Shown here: positions 9,864 through 19,798 of the stretch, one piece after another
Layout of the letters: the number at the start of each line of letters is the position of its first letter
Position numbering within the stretch: position 1 is the stretch's first letter
Origin: an uncultured delta proteobacterium
GTDB taxonomy: Bacteria > Desulfobacterota > Zymogenia > Zymogenales > Zymogenaceae
NCBI GenBank assembly: GCA_963735595.1
Contig: CAVTLK010000005.1
Span: forward strand, 96,001 to 160,000
Direction: 5' to 3'
Length of the DNA: 64,000 bases
The notes under the pieces: model-generated
Told to the model about the DNA's origin: nothing
Seen by the model: the letters and a program-made list of their open reading frames with translations, nothing else
Database searches by the model: none
Translations under genes and position numbers: made by a program

Positions 9864-10987
9864 TGCTTACAACGAAGACGGCACCATCAATCGGTTCGGT
9901 CCCGCCGTTGAGGCTCGTTGCCTGGGAGCTGACGCGGTCGTGCAACCTTGCCTGTGCCCATTGCCGGGCGTCGGCCCAGCGGGGGCCGTACCCGGGGGAG
10001 CTGTCCACCCGGCGGTCGCTTGAGCTCCTCTCGGAAATCGCGTCCTTCTCGTCGCCCATCATTATCCTTACCGGGGGCGAGCCGTTGTTAAGGGACGACC
10101 TCTTTGCCATCGCCCGCCGGGGAACGGACCTCGGCCTGAGGATGGTGCTGGCAACCAACGGGACGCTTTTGGAACGCCAGACCGTCCGTCGGCTCATCGA
10201 TGCCGGGGTAGCCCGTATCTCTATTTCCATCGACGGCAAGGACGAGCGCTCTCACGATAACCTCCGGGGGGTGGCCGGGGCATTTTCCGGGGCGCTTTTC
10301 GGAATCGAGAACGCCAAGCGTGAGGGCCTCTCGTTTCAGGTCAACACGACCATCACCAAGCGCAACGTCGCCGAGCTTTCCGAGATCGAGGACCTTGTCG
10401 GGCGACTCGGGGCCGACGCCCACCACCTGTTCCTCCTGGTTCCCACGGGCCGCGGCGCCGATATGGCCGGGGCCGGCGACTCACTGGTCGCCAAGGAGTA
10501 CGAGGAGGTGCTCGGCCGGATATACCGTTACGAGATGAGCGCTCCGTATCCCGTCAAGGTCACGTGTGCCCCCCAGTACATGAGGATACGGCGTGAGACG
10601 GCCGACAGGGAGGGTACGGTCATCCGGGACGGCGGGCACGGATTTACGGCCTCCACGCGGGGATGCCTGGGCGGCATATCGTTTCTCTTTATCTCGCACG
10701 ACGGAACGACCCAGCCCTGCGGATACCTCGAAGTAACCGGCGGCAACGTCACCGAGACCCCCATCAGGGATATCTGGGAACGGGCCGACGTATTCCGCCG
10801 GCTCAGGGACTACTCACAGCTGAAGGGAAAATGCGGCGTCTGCGAGCACGTGGATATCTGCGGCGGGTGCAGGGCGCGGGCGCTCTTTGCCCACGGCGAC
10901 TACCTCGCCCAGGAGCCGTTCTGCCCCTATGTTCCCGGCAAGAAAAAGAAAGGGACGCATCCTCCCGCGGCCACGTCGGGTTCGTAG
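9863..10987 (+). CDS. ahbD: Radical SAM/SPASM heme synthase of the alternative (siroheme) pathway
   Basis: LVAWELTRSCNLACAHCRA CxxxCxxC motif; C-terminal SPASM cysteines (CGVCEHVDICGGCRARA); TAATG overlap with hemB. Confidence 0.8.
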   Translation: MLTTKTAPSIGSVPPLRLVAWELTRSCNLACAHCRASAQRGPYPGELSTRRSLELLSEIASFSSPIIILTGGEPLLRDDLFAIARRGTDLGLRMVLATNGTLLERQTVRRLIDAGVARISISIDGKDERSHDNLRGVAGAFSGALFGIENAKREGLSFQVNTTITKRNVAELSEIEDLVGRLGADAHHLFLLVPTGRGADMAGAGDSLVAKEYEEVLGRIYRYEMSAPYPVKVTCAPQYMRIRRETADREGTVIRDGGHGFTASTRGCLGGISFLFISHDGTTQPCGYLEVTGGNVTETPIRDIWERADVFRRLRDYSQLKGKCGVCEHVDICGGCRARALFAHGDYLAQEPFCPYVPGKKKKGTHPPAATSGS

Positions 10988-11193
10988 GGCGGCCCTATCC
11001 TGTACGGGCCGCATCCGGGGTGCGGCTGCGGCTTGTTTTTACCGCGGCGCCCAGCCGGCGACAATGATGAGGTATCCGGGCGAGCCGTGTATATACAATA
11101 TCTTGTGGTTAGATTGACGCCAAGGGGCTATATATAAGTTTTTCACTTTACAATCCGTTCGGGTTGTGTTAAAGATAGTAGCGACACGGAATT

Positions 11194-14100
11194 ATGAAAC
11201 TGAAAAAATTAGACATCATCGGCTTCAAGTCATTCATCGATAAGGTCACGCTCGCCTTTCCCGACGGTGTTACCGCTATTGTCGGCCCAAACGGCTCCGG
11301 AAAATCGAACCTGATGGACGCAATCAAGTGGGCCCTCGGCGAGCAGAGCGCAAAGACGCTCAGGGGCAAGTCGATGGAGGACGTCATCTTCAACGGCTCC
11401 CGCGAAAAAAAACCTCTCGGGATGGCGGAGGTAACCCTTACCTTCGGCAATATCGACGGGAACCTGCCGCACAGCTTTTCGCATTACCACGAGATCACCA
11501 TCCGCCGCCGTATCTACCGCTCGGGAGAAAGCGAATACTTCCTTAACAAGACACCCTGCCGCCTCAAGGATATCACCGACCTGTTTATGGGAACGGGTGT
11601 CGGTTCCAAGGCATACTCGATGATCGCACAGGGCCAGATCGGTGACCTGGTCACCGCCCGGCCGCTCGACCGGCGCAGCATTATCGAGGAGGTCGCCGGC
11701 ATCACCAAGTATAAGGCCAAGAAGATTGAGTCCCAGCGGAAGATGGAGGCGACCCAGACCAATCTGCTGCGCGTCGGAGACATCATCGGGGAGGTAAAAC
11801 GGCAGATGGACTCCCTCTCCCAACAGGCCAGGAAGGCCGAGGAATACAAGGTCCTCAAGACGGACGTGAAGCGTCTGGAACTGATCGCCGCCGCCCGGCA
11901 CTTCATCCGGCTTGCCGAAACCATCAATCGGACGGGGCAGGCGCTGACCGAGAAAGAGCGTGAAGAGACACTCCTGTCCACCCGCCTGACGGTGCTGGAG
12001 GCGGCCATAGAACAGGAGAAGACGGCCTCGCTGGAAAAGGAAGAATCGTTCTCGGAGATCCAGAAGAGCTTTTACATCAACGAAACCGAGATCAAGACCC
12101 TCGAACAGAAGATCGATCACCTCAAGGAGCGGATCGCGCTGACCAACAACCAGAACGGTATCTTCGGGCGGGATATCGACGAGCTGACCCGCTTGATCGA
12201 GGAAAACACGCTCCGCCTTGAACAAACCGGTCAGCAAATTGCCGAATGCGACCGGGATTCTGTTTCCCATCAACAGAAGGTGGAGATTGTCGAGAATAAG
12301 ATCGCGGCCCTGGCCGCGGTAATAGACGACCTGACCGCCCGATGGGAATCCATCCGGGAAAACCAGATGGCTGAGGCGTCCCATATCGCCCGGATCAACA
12401 ACACGATCTCATCAGCGGAGAAATGGATCGAGCGATCAGAGCAGGATATCGAGAAAAAGAAAAATGAGCTTGAGACTATCTCCGAAGAACAGACGAGGCT
12501 TGCCGGCGCGCTGACGGGGATTCGTTCGGAGAAACAGCAGAAACAGCACGAACACGATCAAATGGCCGCCGACCTTTCCCGGATTCAGGGGGACGTCGGC
12601 CGGCATAAGGACCGGGAGGCCCAATTGACCGCTGATCACCGGCGGGCCGAGGAATCGCTGACCAAGGCAACCCTGAGAATTGATTCCCTTGCCGAGATGG
12701 AGAAGAGCTTCGAGGGCCTCACCGAAGGAACCAAGAGCGTTATGACCGGGGACCGGCAGGGCGTTCTCGGAATTTTCGCCGATTTCATCGAATCGGACGA
12801 GCGCCACGAAAAGGCCCTGGAAGGCTACCTCGGTGAGGCGGTCTCGGCGGTGGTCGTCAGGGGCCCGAAGGACGCCAGGGACCACATCGATCGGCTCAAG
12901 GGCTCCGGGTCTGGCCGGGCCGTGTTTATTCCCGTCGGGTCGATGAGACGAAGCTCCGGCGATGACGCCGCGTCGGCCGACGGCGCCATGGGAAGGCTCG
13001 CGGACTTTGTTACGGTAAAGGGGTCAGACGCGGATATCCTCAAGGCCCTGCTGGCCGGTGCGTTCCTTACCGCCGACCTGGGGCAGGCCATCGACATCTG
13101 GGAATCGCGGCGACCCAACGCCACCCTCGTAACCCTCGAAGGGGAAGTGCTGACCCGCGACGGGCTCATTTTCGGGGGAAGCCGCCGGCAGCAGTTCTCG
13201 CTATTGAGAAACAAGCGGGAGAAAAAGACCCTTACCGAAGAACTGGAGGCGATCAAAAAAGAACTTGCCCATCACGATAACGAGCTGCAGAATGCCACAT
13301 CGGCCCTGGCAGAAGGCCAGAAGCAGGAAAAGGCGCTCGAGGCCGAGCTAACCTCCCTCAAGATCCAAATCGAAAAGCTCGACGGGCAGATCGCTTCCGA
13401 TGAGCGGGAAGAGCAGCGGCTTTCGAAGGCCCATCACATGCTTTCCTCGGAGATGGAGCGCGACCGGGCCGAGGTCGTGCGCCTGAAACAGGAACTGGAA
13501 GAATCAATGACCGCCCTGGTTGAGGCAGAGAAAAGGGAGCAGGAGCTAAAGGTGACCGCCGAAGGCGCCAAGTGGGACCTTACGCAGCAACAGCAGGAGA
13601 TGAAGCGGCTTGAAGACGAGGAGACCGAGATCAGGCTGTCCGCCCAGACCGCCCAGGACGCCAAGCGGCACCTCATGTCTTCGGTGGAGGAGTTCAACAG
13701 ACAGGTCGCCCGGGCCCAAAGGGATCAGGAAAACAAGCGAAAGGCCGTTCAGGACGGCGTGGGAGAGATGGAGGAGTATACCCGGAGGATCGCCGAGACC
13801 GAGCAGTACCTGTACGGCGCCATAGAACAAGCCAAGCTCATCGAGGACAGGATGCGTGACGCCCGGGCGCAGCTGGACGCCGCGGGCCTCAAACAGCACG
13901 ACCTGGACGAGGAGAGGCGGCAGCTGGCCAAGACCCTCTCCTCCATCCGGGAGGAGGTCCAGCGCAACCGGGACGCGGTAAAGGAGCAGGCCTTCGAACA
14001 GGAGAACCTGACCACGCGTATTCGGGAGCGGCATCAGGAAGATTTGAGGGAGGTCCATTCGGAATACCTGACCGAAGAGATAACCGACGAAGAGCTCACT

Positions 14101-14733
14101 GCCAGACGTGAGGCGGCCCAGAGAAAGATCGAACGATTCGGCGAGGTAAACCTCATGGCGCTCTCGGAATACAATACGCTGGCAGAGCGGTTCGAATTTC
14201 TCAAGACGCAAGAAACCGACCTCGTGACGTCACTTGACTCGCTTGCGGATACCATCAAACGAATCGATCGAAAATCACGGGAGCGGTTCACGGCGGCGTT
14301 TGAAGAGATCAATGAGAAATTCAAGGACGTCTTTGCGAGGCTCTTGCCGGGCGGCCGCGCGCGGCTCATCCTGACCGATGAATCCGATCCTCTCGAGAGC
14401 GGCGTTGATATCCTGGCCCAACCGGTGGGCAAGCGGCTGTCAAGCATTACGCTACTTTCCGGCGGTGAGAAGGCCCTGACCGCCATCGCGCTGATATTCG
14501 CCGTTTTCATGGTAAAACCCACCCCGTTTTGTATAATGGATGAAATGGACGCGCCGCTGGACGACATCAATACCGAGCGCATCATCGATCTCCTCAAGGA
14601 GATATCCCTGTCTTCGCAGGTTATCCTGATTACCCATAACAAAAAGACCATGGAGATGGCCGATACCCTGTACGGGCTTACCATGGAAGAGCCGGGGGTG
14701 TCCAAGACCGTTTCGGTGAAGCTGACCGCATAA
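11194..14733 (+). CDS. smc: Chromosome segregation protein SMC
   Basis: GPNGSGKSN Walker A, coiled coils with hinge, LSGGEK signature, DEMDAPLD Walker B. Confidence 0.97.
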   Translation: MKLKKLDIIGFKSFIDKVTLAFPDGVTAIVGPNGSGKSNLMDAIKWALGEQSAKTLRGKSMEDVIFNGSREKKPLGMAEVTLTFGNIDGNLPHSFSHYHEITIRRRIYRSGESEYFLNKTPCRLKDITDLFMGTGVGSKAYSMIAQGQIGDLVTARPLDRRSIIEEVAGITKYKAKKIESQRKMEATQTNLLRVGDIIGEVKRQMDSLSQQARKAEEYKVLKTDVKRLELIAAARHFIRLAETINRTGQALTEKEREETLLSTRLTVLEAAIEQEKTASLEKEESFSEIQKSFYINETEIKTLEQKIDHLKERIALTNNQNGIFGRDIDELTRLIEENTLRLEQTGQQIAECDRDSVSHQQKVEIVENKIAALAAVIDDLTARWESIRENQMAEASHIARINNTISSAEKWIERSEQDIEKKKNELETISEEQTRLAGALTGIRSEKQQKQHEHDQMAADLSRIQGDVGRHKDREAQLTADHRRAEESLTKATLRIDSLAEMEKSFEGLTEGTKSVMTGDRQGVLGIFADFIESDERHEKALEGYLGEAVSAVVVRGPKDARDHIDRLKGSGSGRAVFIPVGSMRRSSGDDAASADGAMGRLADFVTVKGSDADILKALLAGAFLTADLGQAIDIWESRRPNATLVTLEGEVLTRDGLIFGGSRRQQFSLLRNKREKKTLTEELEAIKKELAHHDNELQNATSALAEGQKQEKALEAELTSLKIQIEKLDGQIASDEREEQRLSKAHHMLSSEMERDRAEVVRLKQELEESMTALVEAEKREQELKVTAEGAKWDLTQQQQEMKRLEDEETEIRLSAQTAQDAKRHLMSSVEEFNRQVARAQRDQENKRKAVQDGVGEMEEYTRRIAETEQYLYGAIEQAKLIEDRMRDARAQLDAAGLKQHDLDEERRQLAKTLSSIREEVQRNRDAVKEQAFEQENLTTRIRERHQEDLREVHSEYLTEEITDEELTARREAAQRKIERFGEVNLMALSEYNTLAERFEFLKTQETDLVTSLDSLADTIKRIDRKSRERFTAAFEEINEKFKDVFARLLPGGRARLILTDESDPLESGVDILAQPVGKRLSSITLLSGGEKALTAIALIFAVFMVKPTPFCIMDEMDAPLDDINTERIIDLLKEISLSSQVILITHNKKTMEMADTLYGLTMEEPGVSKTVSVKLTA

Positions 14734-14745
14734 AAGGGGGAGCCG

Positions 14746-15105
14746 ATGCTGTTTTTCGATACGATCAAACGGCTTGTTGATGAGATCCCGCAGGCGTCAG
14801 GTTGCATCATGGTGGACCGGCACGGAGATGAAATCATCACGTTTGCTCCCGAAAACGACTTCCAGATGAAGCTGCTGGGGGCCCACATGGTTCTTATCCA
14901 CCAGAAGCTTGCCGCGATAGAAAGGCGGATGGAAACGGGAAAGCATCGCGAGGTCTTTATCAGGACGGACAATATCTACGTTATTACCACCCAGCTGCCG
15001 GACGGCAACTACCTCGTGTTGCGCCTGTCCCCGACCCCGTTGATCTCGCTTTCGCTCGAAAGGCTCCGAAAAGCGATCGTCGACATTATCGAAGAGGGCC
15101 AATGA
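14746..15105 (+). CDS. Roadblock/LC7-like small protein
   Basis: 119 aa with alpha-beta-beta-alpha-beta3-alpha pattern (IPQASGCIMVDRHGDEI...YLVLRL); lies between smc and ftsY. Confidence 0.6.
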   Translation: MLFFDTIKRLVDEIPQASGCIMVDRHGDEIITFAPENDFQMKLLGAHMVLIHQKLAAIERRMETGKHREVFIRTDNIYVITTQLPDGNYLVLRLSPTPLISLSLERLRKAIVDIIEEGQ

Positions 15106-16037
15106 GCGGCAAGGGGCTCATCTCGTCGCTATTCAAAGGGCTTTCAAAGACCCGCCAGGGCTTTACCGATCGGCTCGATACCCTGATCTCGGGGGCGCAC
15201 GGCCTGGACGAGGGGCTTTATGATGAGATCGAAGAGCTCCTGGTAACCGCCGACATCGGCCTTCCACTGACCCAGAAGATTCTCGAGGAGCTCTCGGTGT
15301 GGGCTGGAAAGAATTCCATGAACAGGGCCGAGGGTACACTCCGGATAAAGGAATCGCTGTTGTCGGTCCTCGAGGGCAGCGAGGCAACCATACAGGCAAG
15401 CGACGAACCTCCCACGGTTGTCCTTGTCGTGGGGGTAAACGGCACCGGAAAAACCACCACGATCGCCAAGGTTGCGCGCCATTTGATCGGCAACGGCAGG
15501 AGCGTACTGCTTGCGGCCGGGGATACGTTTCGTGACGCGGCCGTTGAGCAGCTCTCGGTATGGGGCGACCGCCTCGGCGTCGAGGTCATTGCCCAAAAAC
15601 AGGGGGCGGACCCCGCCGCTGTCGCCTTTGATGCGCTGGTCCGGGCCCAGACCCGGGGGATTGACTACCTCTTCGTCGATACGGCGGGGAGGCTCCACAC
15701 CAAGTACAATCTTGTCGAGGAACTCAAAAAGATAAAGCGGGTGCTGAAGGACCGGATGCCCTCGGCCCCCCATGAGACGCTCCTCGTGCTGGATGCCGGG
15801 ATAGGCCAGAACAATATCGCCCAGGCCAGGAAATTTAACGAAGAGGTCGGGATTACGGGTATCGTCCTGACAAAACTGGACGGCAGCGCCAAGGGTGGCG
15901 CGATTTTTCCCCTCTTTGCGGATCTCAGAATCCCCATTAAGTACGTCGGTGTCGGAGAAGGCGCCGACGATCTTATGCCGTTTGACCGGCACAGTTTCGT
16001 GGAGGCGCTCTTTTCTACGGAAGCCGATGCCGCTTGA
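15102..16037 (+). CDS. ftsY: SRP receptor FtsY
   Basis: GVNGTGKTTT, DTFRDAA, DTAGR, TKLDGSAKGG. Confidence 0.97.
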   Translation: MSGKGLISSLFKGLSKTRQGFTDRLDTLISGAHGLDEGLYDEIEELLVTADIGLPLTQKILEELSVWAGKNSMNRAEGTLRIKESLLSVLEGSEATIQASDEPPTVVLVVGVNGTGKTTTIAKVARHLIGNGRSVLLAAGDTFRDAAVEQLSVWGDRLGVEVIAQKQGADPAAVAFDALVRAQTRGIDYLFVDTAGRLHTKYNLVEELKKIKRVLKDRMPSAPHETLLVLDAGIGQNNIAQARKFNEEVGITGIVLTKLDGSAKGGAIFPLFADLRIPIKYVGVGEGADDLMPFDRHSFVEALFSTEADAA

Positions 16038-16075
16038 CTCTGACCCATAAAACCGCACACCTAAACAAATAATTC

Positions 16076-16104
16076 TTGACTTTTCCCCCCCATAATTTCA
16101 TAAT
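16076..16104 (+). promoter_or_regulatory. Sigma70-type promoter for the 6S-fau-rny region
   Basis: TTGACT-N17-CATAAT. Confidence 0.7.
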
Positions 16105-16223
16105 AAGATTAAGGTGTGGGATAACGTTCCACGGTCAGCCCGCCATACGGGCTACCTCCTGGAACGGAAGCCCCCCGCAGTACGTTTTAACGCAATATGA
16201 ATACATAATCAACGAGGTGTTAT

Positions 16224-16421
16224 GGCTTTCATGCCCCCTGCCGTGTTCGTGATGGGGGGGATCTTTTTTGAGCCAACAGAAACAAAACGGGGAGCCGTCT
16301 CTCGCCGCGGTGTGTATGCCTTGAAAGAGGAAACCTTAAGCGGCAACATGGCGCCCACCTGTAAAAAACAGGTTCAAATAAAACACCAACACACGGCACA
16401 GCCGCGGGGGGCATGAAGGCC
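16224..16421 (+). ncRNA. ssrS: 6S RNA
   Basis: Closing stem GGCTTTCATGCCCCC/GGGGGCATGAAGGCC, internal TTGAGCC/GGTTCAA pairing, GGGAGCC and CCCACC motifs, ~198 nt, directly upstream of 5-formyl-THF cyclo-ligase (canonical synteny). Confidence 0.9.
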
Positions 16422-16631
16422 CTTTAAACCGTTTTCGGCCGGTTGAACAGACAAGGGAAAGACCGTTACGATAGATGATTAAGAAGAGATACGAGGGTCG
16501 CCGGGCGACCTCCCTATTATAGACAGCACACACTCTTTCCATCTCGGTACGCTAAATCCCTATCTTTCAACCCCCCCAAAGTTTTTAACGGCCGATTGCT
16601 CACGGCGGTGCGGCGCGTGTGAGGGTCAACC

Positions 16632-17201
16632 GTGACCAAGGACGAGATCAGAAAAGAGATCCTCACCCGGCGGCTCGGCCTGAGCGATTCCGACGTGTCT
16701 GTGAAAAGCGAGTCGATCTGCCGCCGCCTTATCTCGGACGAGGTTTTCACTGCGGCCTCCGTGATCGGCCTCTACTGGCCGTTTAGAAACGAGGTCCTGA
16801 CCGAGCCCATTTTTCGGGCCGCCCGGTCCGGCCGCAAACGGGTAGGGTTTCCGCTGGCGCGCTCCGAGGATCGGGCGCTCATCTATATAGCGGTCGATGA
16901 TCCTGCGGATATGGCGACGGGGAGCTACGGTATCAGGGAGCCCCGCTATATCCCCCGGCGGGTCATTCCCGCCGAGGAGTTTGACCTTATCCTCATGCCC
17001 GGCGTCGCCTTCGATACGAGGGGGTATCGCATCGGGTACGGAGGGGGATATTTCGATCGGTTTTTTGCCGATCGTTCGGTAACTGCAACGAGGGCGGCGC
17101 CGGCCTTTGATATCCAAATGGTCGATCGGGTCCCCCACAAGGAGCATGATAGGAAGGTTGACGTTATCTTTACTGAAAGCCGCGTTATCATGTGTTCGTA
17201 A
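16632..17201 (+). CDS. fau: 5-formyltetrahydrofolate cyclo-ligase
   Basis: PGVAFDTRGYRIGYGGGYFDRF, HDRKVDVIFTE. Confidence 0.93.
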   Translation: MTKDEIRKEILTRRLGLSDSDVSVKSESICRRLISDEVFTAASVIGLYWPFRNEVLTEPIFRAARSGRKRVGFPLARSEDRALIYIAVDDPADMATGSYGIREPRYIPRRVIPAEEFDLILMPGVAFDTRGYRIGYGGGYFDRFFADRSVTATRAAPAFDIQMVDRVPHKEHDRKVDVIFTESRVIMCS

Positions 17202-17233
17202 AAAGCAACCTGCCTTATAAGGAGGTAGTACCA

Positions 17234-18796
17234 TTGTTAACGGTTCAAATAGTAGTATCGGTTGTTGTCGGCATCGCCGCGGGTCTGATTCTCGGGTACC
17301 TCTTGAAAATGATCTGGGCCAAGAAGAAGATCGAGGCCGCTAAAGAGACGGCCTCCAAGATCATAAACGAGGCGCACCGTCAGGCCGACTCCATCAAGAA
17401 AGAGGCCGATCTCTCGGCAAAAGATACCCTCTACCAGATGAAGAGCGAGTTCGAGCGCGAGACCAAGGAGAAGAAAAACAGCTTCCTGGTCCAGGAAAAG
17501 CGCCTTCTCCAGAAGGAAGAGAATATCGAAAAGAAGGTGGAGCAGATCGACCAGAAAGAGGCCGATCTCTCCAAAAAAGACCGGGCGTTAACCGCCCAGG
17601 CGCGGGTGGTCGAGGAAAAGGAAAACAAGTATAACGAAATGGTCGAGGAACAGAAAAAGGTCCTCGAGAGGGTCAGTGGGATATCCCGGGACGCGGCCAA
17701 AGAAGAGCTGGTTAAGATCATCGAGGACGACGCGCGGCACGAAGCCGCCAAGTCGCTCAGGAGAATCGAAGACGAGCTACGCGAAAACGCCGACAAGAAG
17801 TCCAAAGAGATCATTTCTACCGCTATCCAGCGATACGCCGGCGAGTATGTGACCGAGCGGACTGTCTCTATCGTAAGCCTGCCCAACGAGGAAATGAAGG
17901 GAAGGATCATCGGGCGCGAGGGGCGTAACATTCGCGCCATCGAGGCGGCCACAGGCGTCGACCTTGTCATAGACGATACCCCGGAAGCGGTTATCCTTTC
18001 TTCGCATAATCCGGTCCGCCGCGAGATCGCCCGGATAGCATTGGAGCGTCTCATGTCCGACGGAAGGATCCATCCCGCCCGGATCGAAGAGATCGTTACC
18101 AAGGTCGGCGAGGAGCTCGAAAACGCCATCAGGGACGCGGGAGAGCGGGCCTGCTTCGACCTCGGCCTGCACGGCCTGCATCCGGAATTGGTCAAGCTCA
18201 TCGGGCGTTTGAAATACCGCACCAGCTTTGCGCAGAACGTCTATCAGCACTCGCTGGAGGTGGCCTTCCTCATGGGAATTATGGCCGCGGAGCTCAAGCT
18301 CAATATAAAACAGGCAAAGCGGGCGGGACTTCTGCACGATATCGGCAAGGCCGTCGACCACGAGGTGGAGGGCCCCCATGCGACAATCGGGGCCGACCTT
18401 GCGCGGCGCTACGGGGAATCCCCGCGGATCATCCACACAATCGCGGCGCATCACAACGACGAGGCGCCCGATTCGGTCTTCGCGGTGCTGATCCAGGCGG
18501 CCGATACGCTGTCGGCGGCGCGCCCCGGCGCGCGCAAAGAGATGCTGGAGACCTACGTAAAGCGCCTGGACGAGCTGGAAAGGATCACCCGTTCGTTTAC
18601 CGGCATCTCCAAGACCTACGCCATCCAGGCCGGGAGGGAGCTTCGCATCATCGTATCGAGCGAGCAGATAACCGACGATGAGTCTCTCATGCTTTCCAAG
18701 GATATCGCCAAAAAGATCGAGAGCGAACTCACCTATCCCGGTCAGATCAAGGTTACCGTCATCAGGGAGACGAGGTCGGTCGAATTCGCGAAATAG
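17234..18796 (+). CDS. rny: Ribonuclease Y
   Basis: N-terminal TM, coiled coil, KH domain (MKGRIIGREGRNIR), HD domain (LLHDIGK); TTG start after GGAGG. Confidence 0.97.
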   Translation: MLTVQIVVSVVVGIAAGLILGYLLKMIWAKKKIEAAKETASKIINEAHRQADSIKKEADLSAKDTLYQMKSEFERETKEKKNSFLVQEKRLLQKEENIEKKVEQIDQKEADLSKKDRALTAQARVVEEKENKYNEMVEEQKKVLERVSGISRDAAKEELVKIIEDDARHEAAKSLRRIEDELRENADKKSKEIISTAIQRYAGEYVTERTVSIVSLPNEEMKGRIIGREGRNIRAIEAATGVDLVIDDTPEAVILSSHNPVRREIARIALERLMSDGRIHPARIEEIVTKVGEELENAIRDAGERACFDLGLHGLHPELVKLIGRLKYRTSFAQNVYQHSLEVAFLMGIMAAELKLNIKQAKRAGLLHDIGKAVDHEVEGPHATIGADLARRYGESPRIIHTIAAHHNDEAPDSVFAVLIQAADTLSAARPGARKEMLETYVKRLDELERITRSFTGISKTYAIQAGRELRIIVSSEQITDDESLMLSKDIAKKIESELTYPGQIKVTVIRETRSVEFAK

Positions 18797-18837
18797 CCAA
18801 TAGCCGGCCGGTCTCGACCGCGTCTATTCCCGGGCGA

Positions 18838-18954
18838 CGTGCAGCCGGGCCCTGCCGGGACGGACGGCCCGCTTCTGCAGTAATCAACCCGTTCCAAGGA
18901 TCGGGAATAGCCGCGCCGAAGGTACGGCACGCCGTAAAACGGGGCCGATGCACG
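18838..18954. ncRNA. Candidate structured RNA in the rny-ymdB spacer (family unassigned)
   Basis: Nested pairings CGTGCA/TGCACG, TGCCG/CGGCA, CGGC/GCCG and CCCG/CGGG, found by eye. Confidence 0.35.
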
Positions 18955-18973
18955 GGGGGGCGATAGGATCGGT

Positions 18974-19798
18974 ATGTTTGCTAATGGCTCGTATAACGAT
19001 ATCGTCCGGGTGTTATTTTTCGGAGACATCGTCGGCAAGCCCGGCCGGAGGGCCATGAGGCACTTCCTGCCGCGGCTTTCCGATACATACCGTGCGGACC
19101 TCGTGATCGCCAACGGGGAGAACTCCGCCGGCGGTTTCGGGCTCACCGTGGATACGGCCCGGGAGATGTTTGACGGCGGTGTGGACGTTATTACCACCGG
19201 CAACCACGTCTGGGATAAGCGGGAGATAATGGAGTATATCGACCAGACTCCGCGGCTGCTGCGGCCGGGCAACTACCCGGACGGGGCGCCGGGGGAAGGG
19301 ACGGTAACGGTAAGGACTCCCGGCGGCCACCTGATATCGGTCATCAACCTGATCGGCAGGGTCTTCATGGGGCTCTTTGACGACCCGTTTGCACGGGCCG
19401 GCCGGGACGTTTCGCGGCTCTCCAAGGAGAGCCGCATTATTATTGTCGATTTCCACGGCGAAGAGACGCGCGAAAAGCAGGCCCTTGGCCATTTCCTTGA
19501 CGGCTCGGTGAGCGCCGTCATCGGCACCCACACGCACGTCCAGACCGCCGACGAGCGTATCCTGGGGGGCGGAACCGCCTTCATAACGGACGCCGGCATG
19601 ACCGGGCCCACCGACTCGGTCATCGGGGTTAAAAAGGAGCGGGCCATCTCCCGCTTTCTTACTTCCATGCCCCAGCGGTTCGAGACGGCCAAGCACGCGG
19701 TGGAGGCCCAGGGGGTGCTCGTTACCATCGACACCAGAACCGGAAAATCATTGGATATCCTCAGATTCAAAGAGAAATACGAAGAAGGGAAAGCATGA
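18974..19798 (+). CDS. ymdB: YmdB/TIGR00282 family metallophosphoesterase
   Basis: [36 protein letters not shown]; start uncertain. Confidence 0.93.
   Translation: MFANGSYNDIVRVLFFGDIVGKPGRRAMRHFLPRLSDTYRADLVIANGENSAGGFGLTVDTAREMFDGGVDVITTGNHVWDKREIMEYIDQTPRLLRPGNYPDGAPGEGTVTVRTPGGHLISVINLIGRVFMGLFDDPFARAGRDVSRLSKESRIIIVDFHGEETREKQALGHFLDGSVSAVIGTHTHVQTADERILGGGTAFITDAGMTGPTDSVIGVKKERAISRFLTSMPQRFETAKHAVEAQGVLVTIDTRTGKSLDILRFKEKYEEGKA

Noticed and set aside
11114..11140. smc promoter TTGACG with AT-rich -10
   Set aside because: Spacing to any good -10 hexamer is only 13-15 bp
16222..16416. 64-aa ORF with a plausible RBS
   Set aside because: Coincides with the 6S RNA; no protein-like features
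18797..18973. T-box for tyrS, SRP RNA or NiCo riboswitch
   Set aside because: No T-box antiterminator motif, no SRP domain IV motif, and only a short partial NiCo-like match
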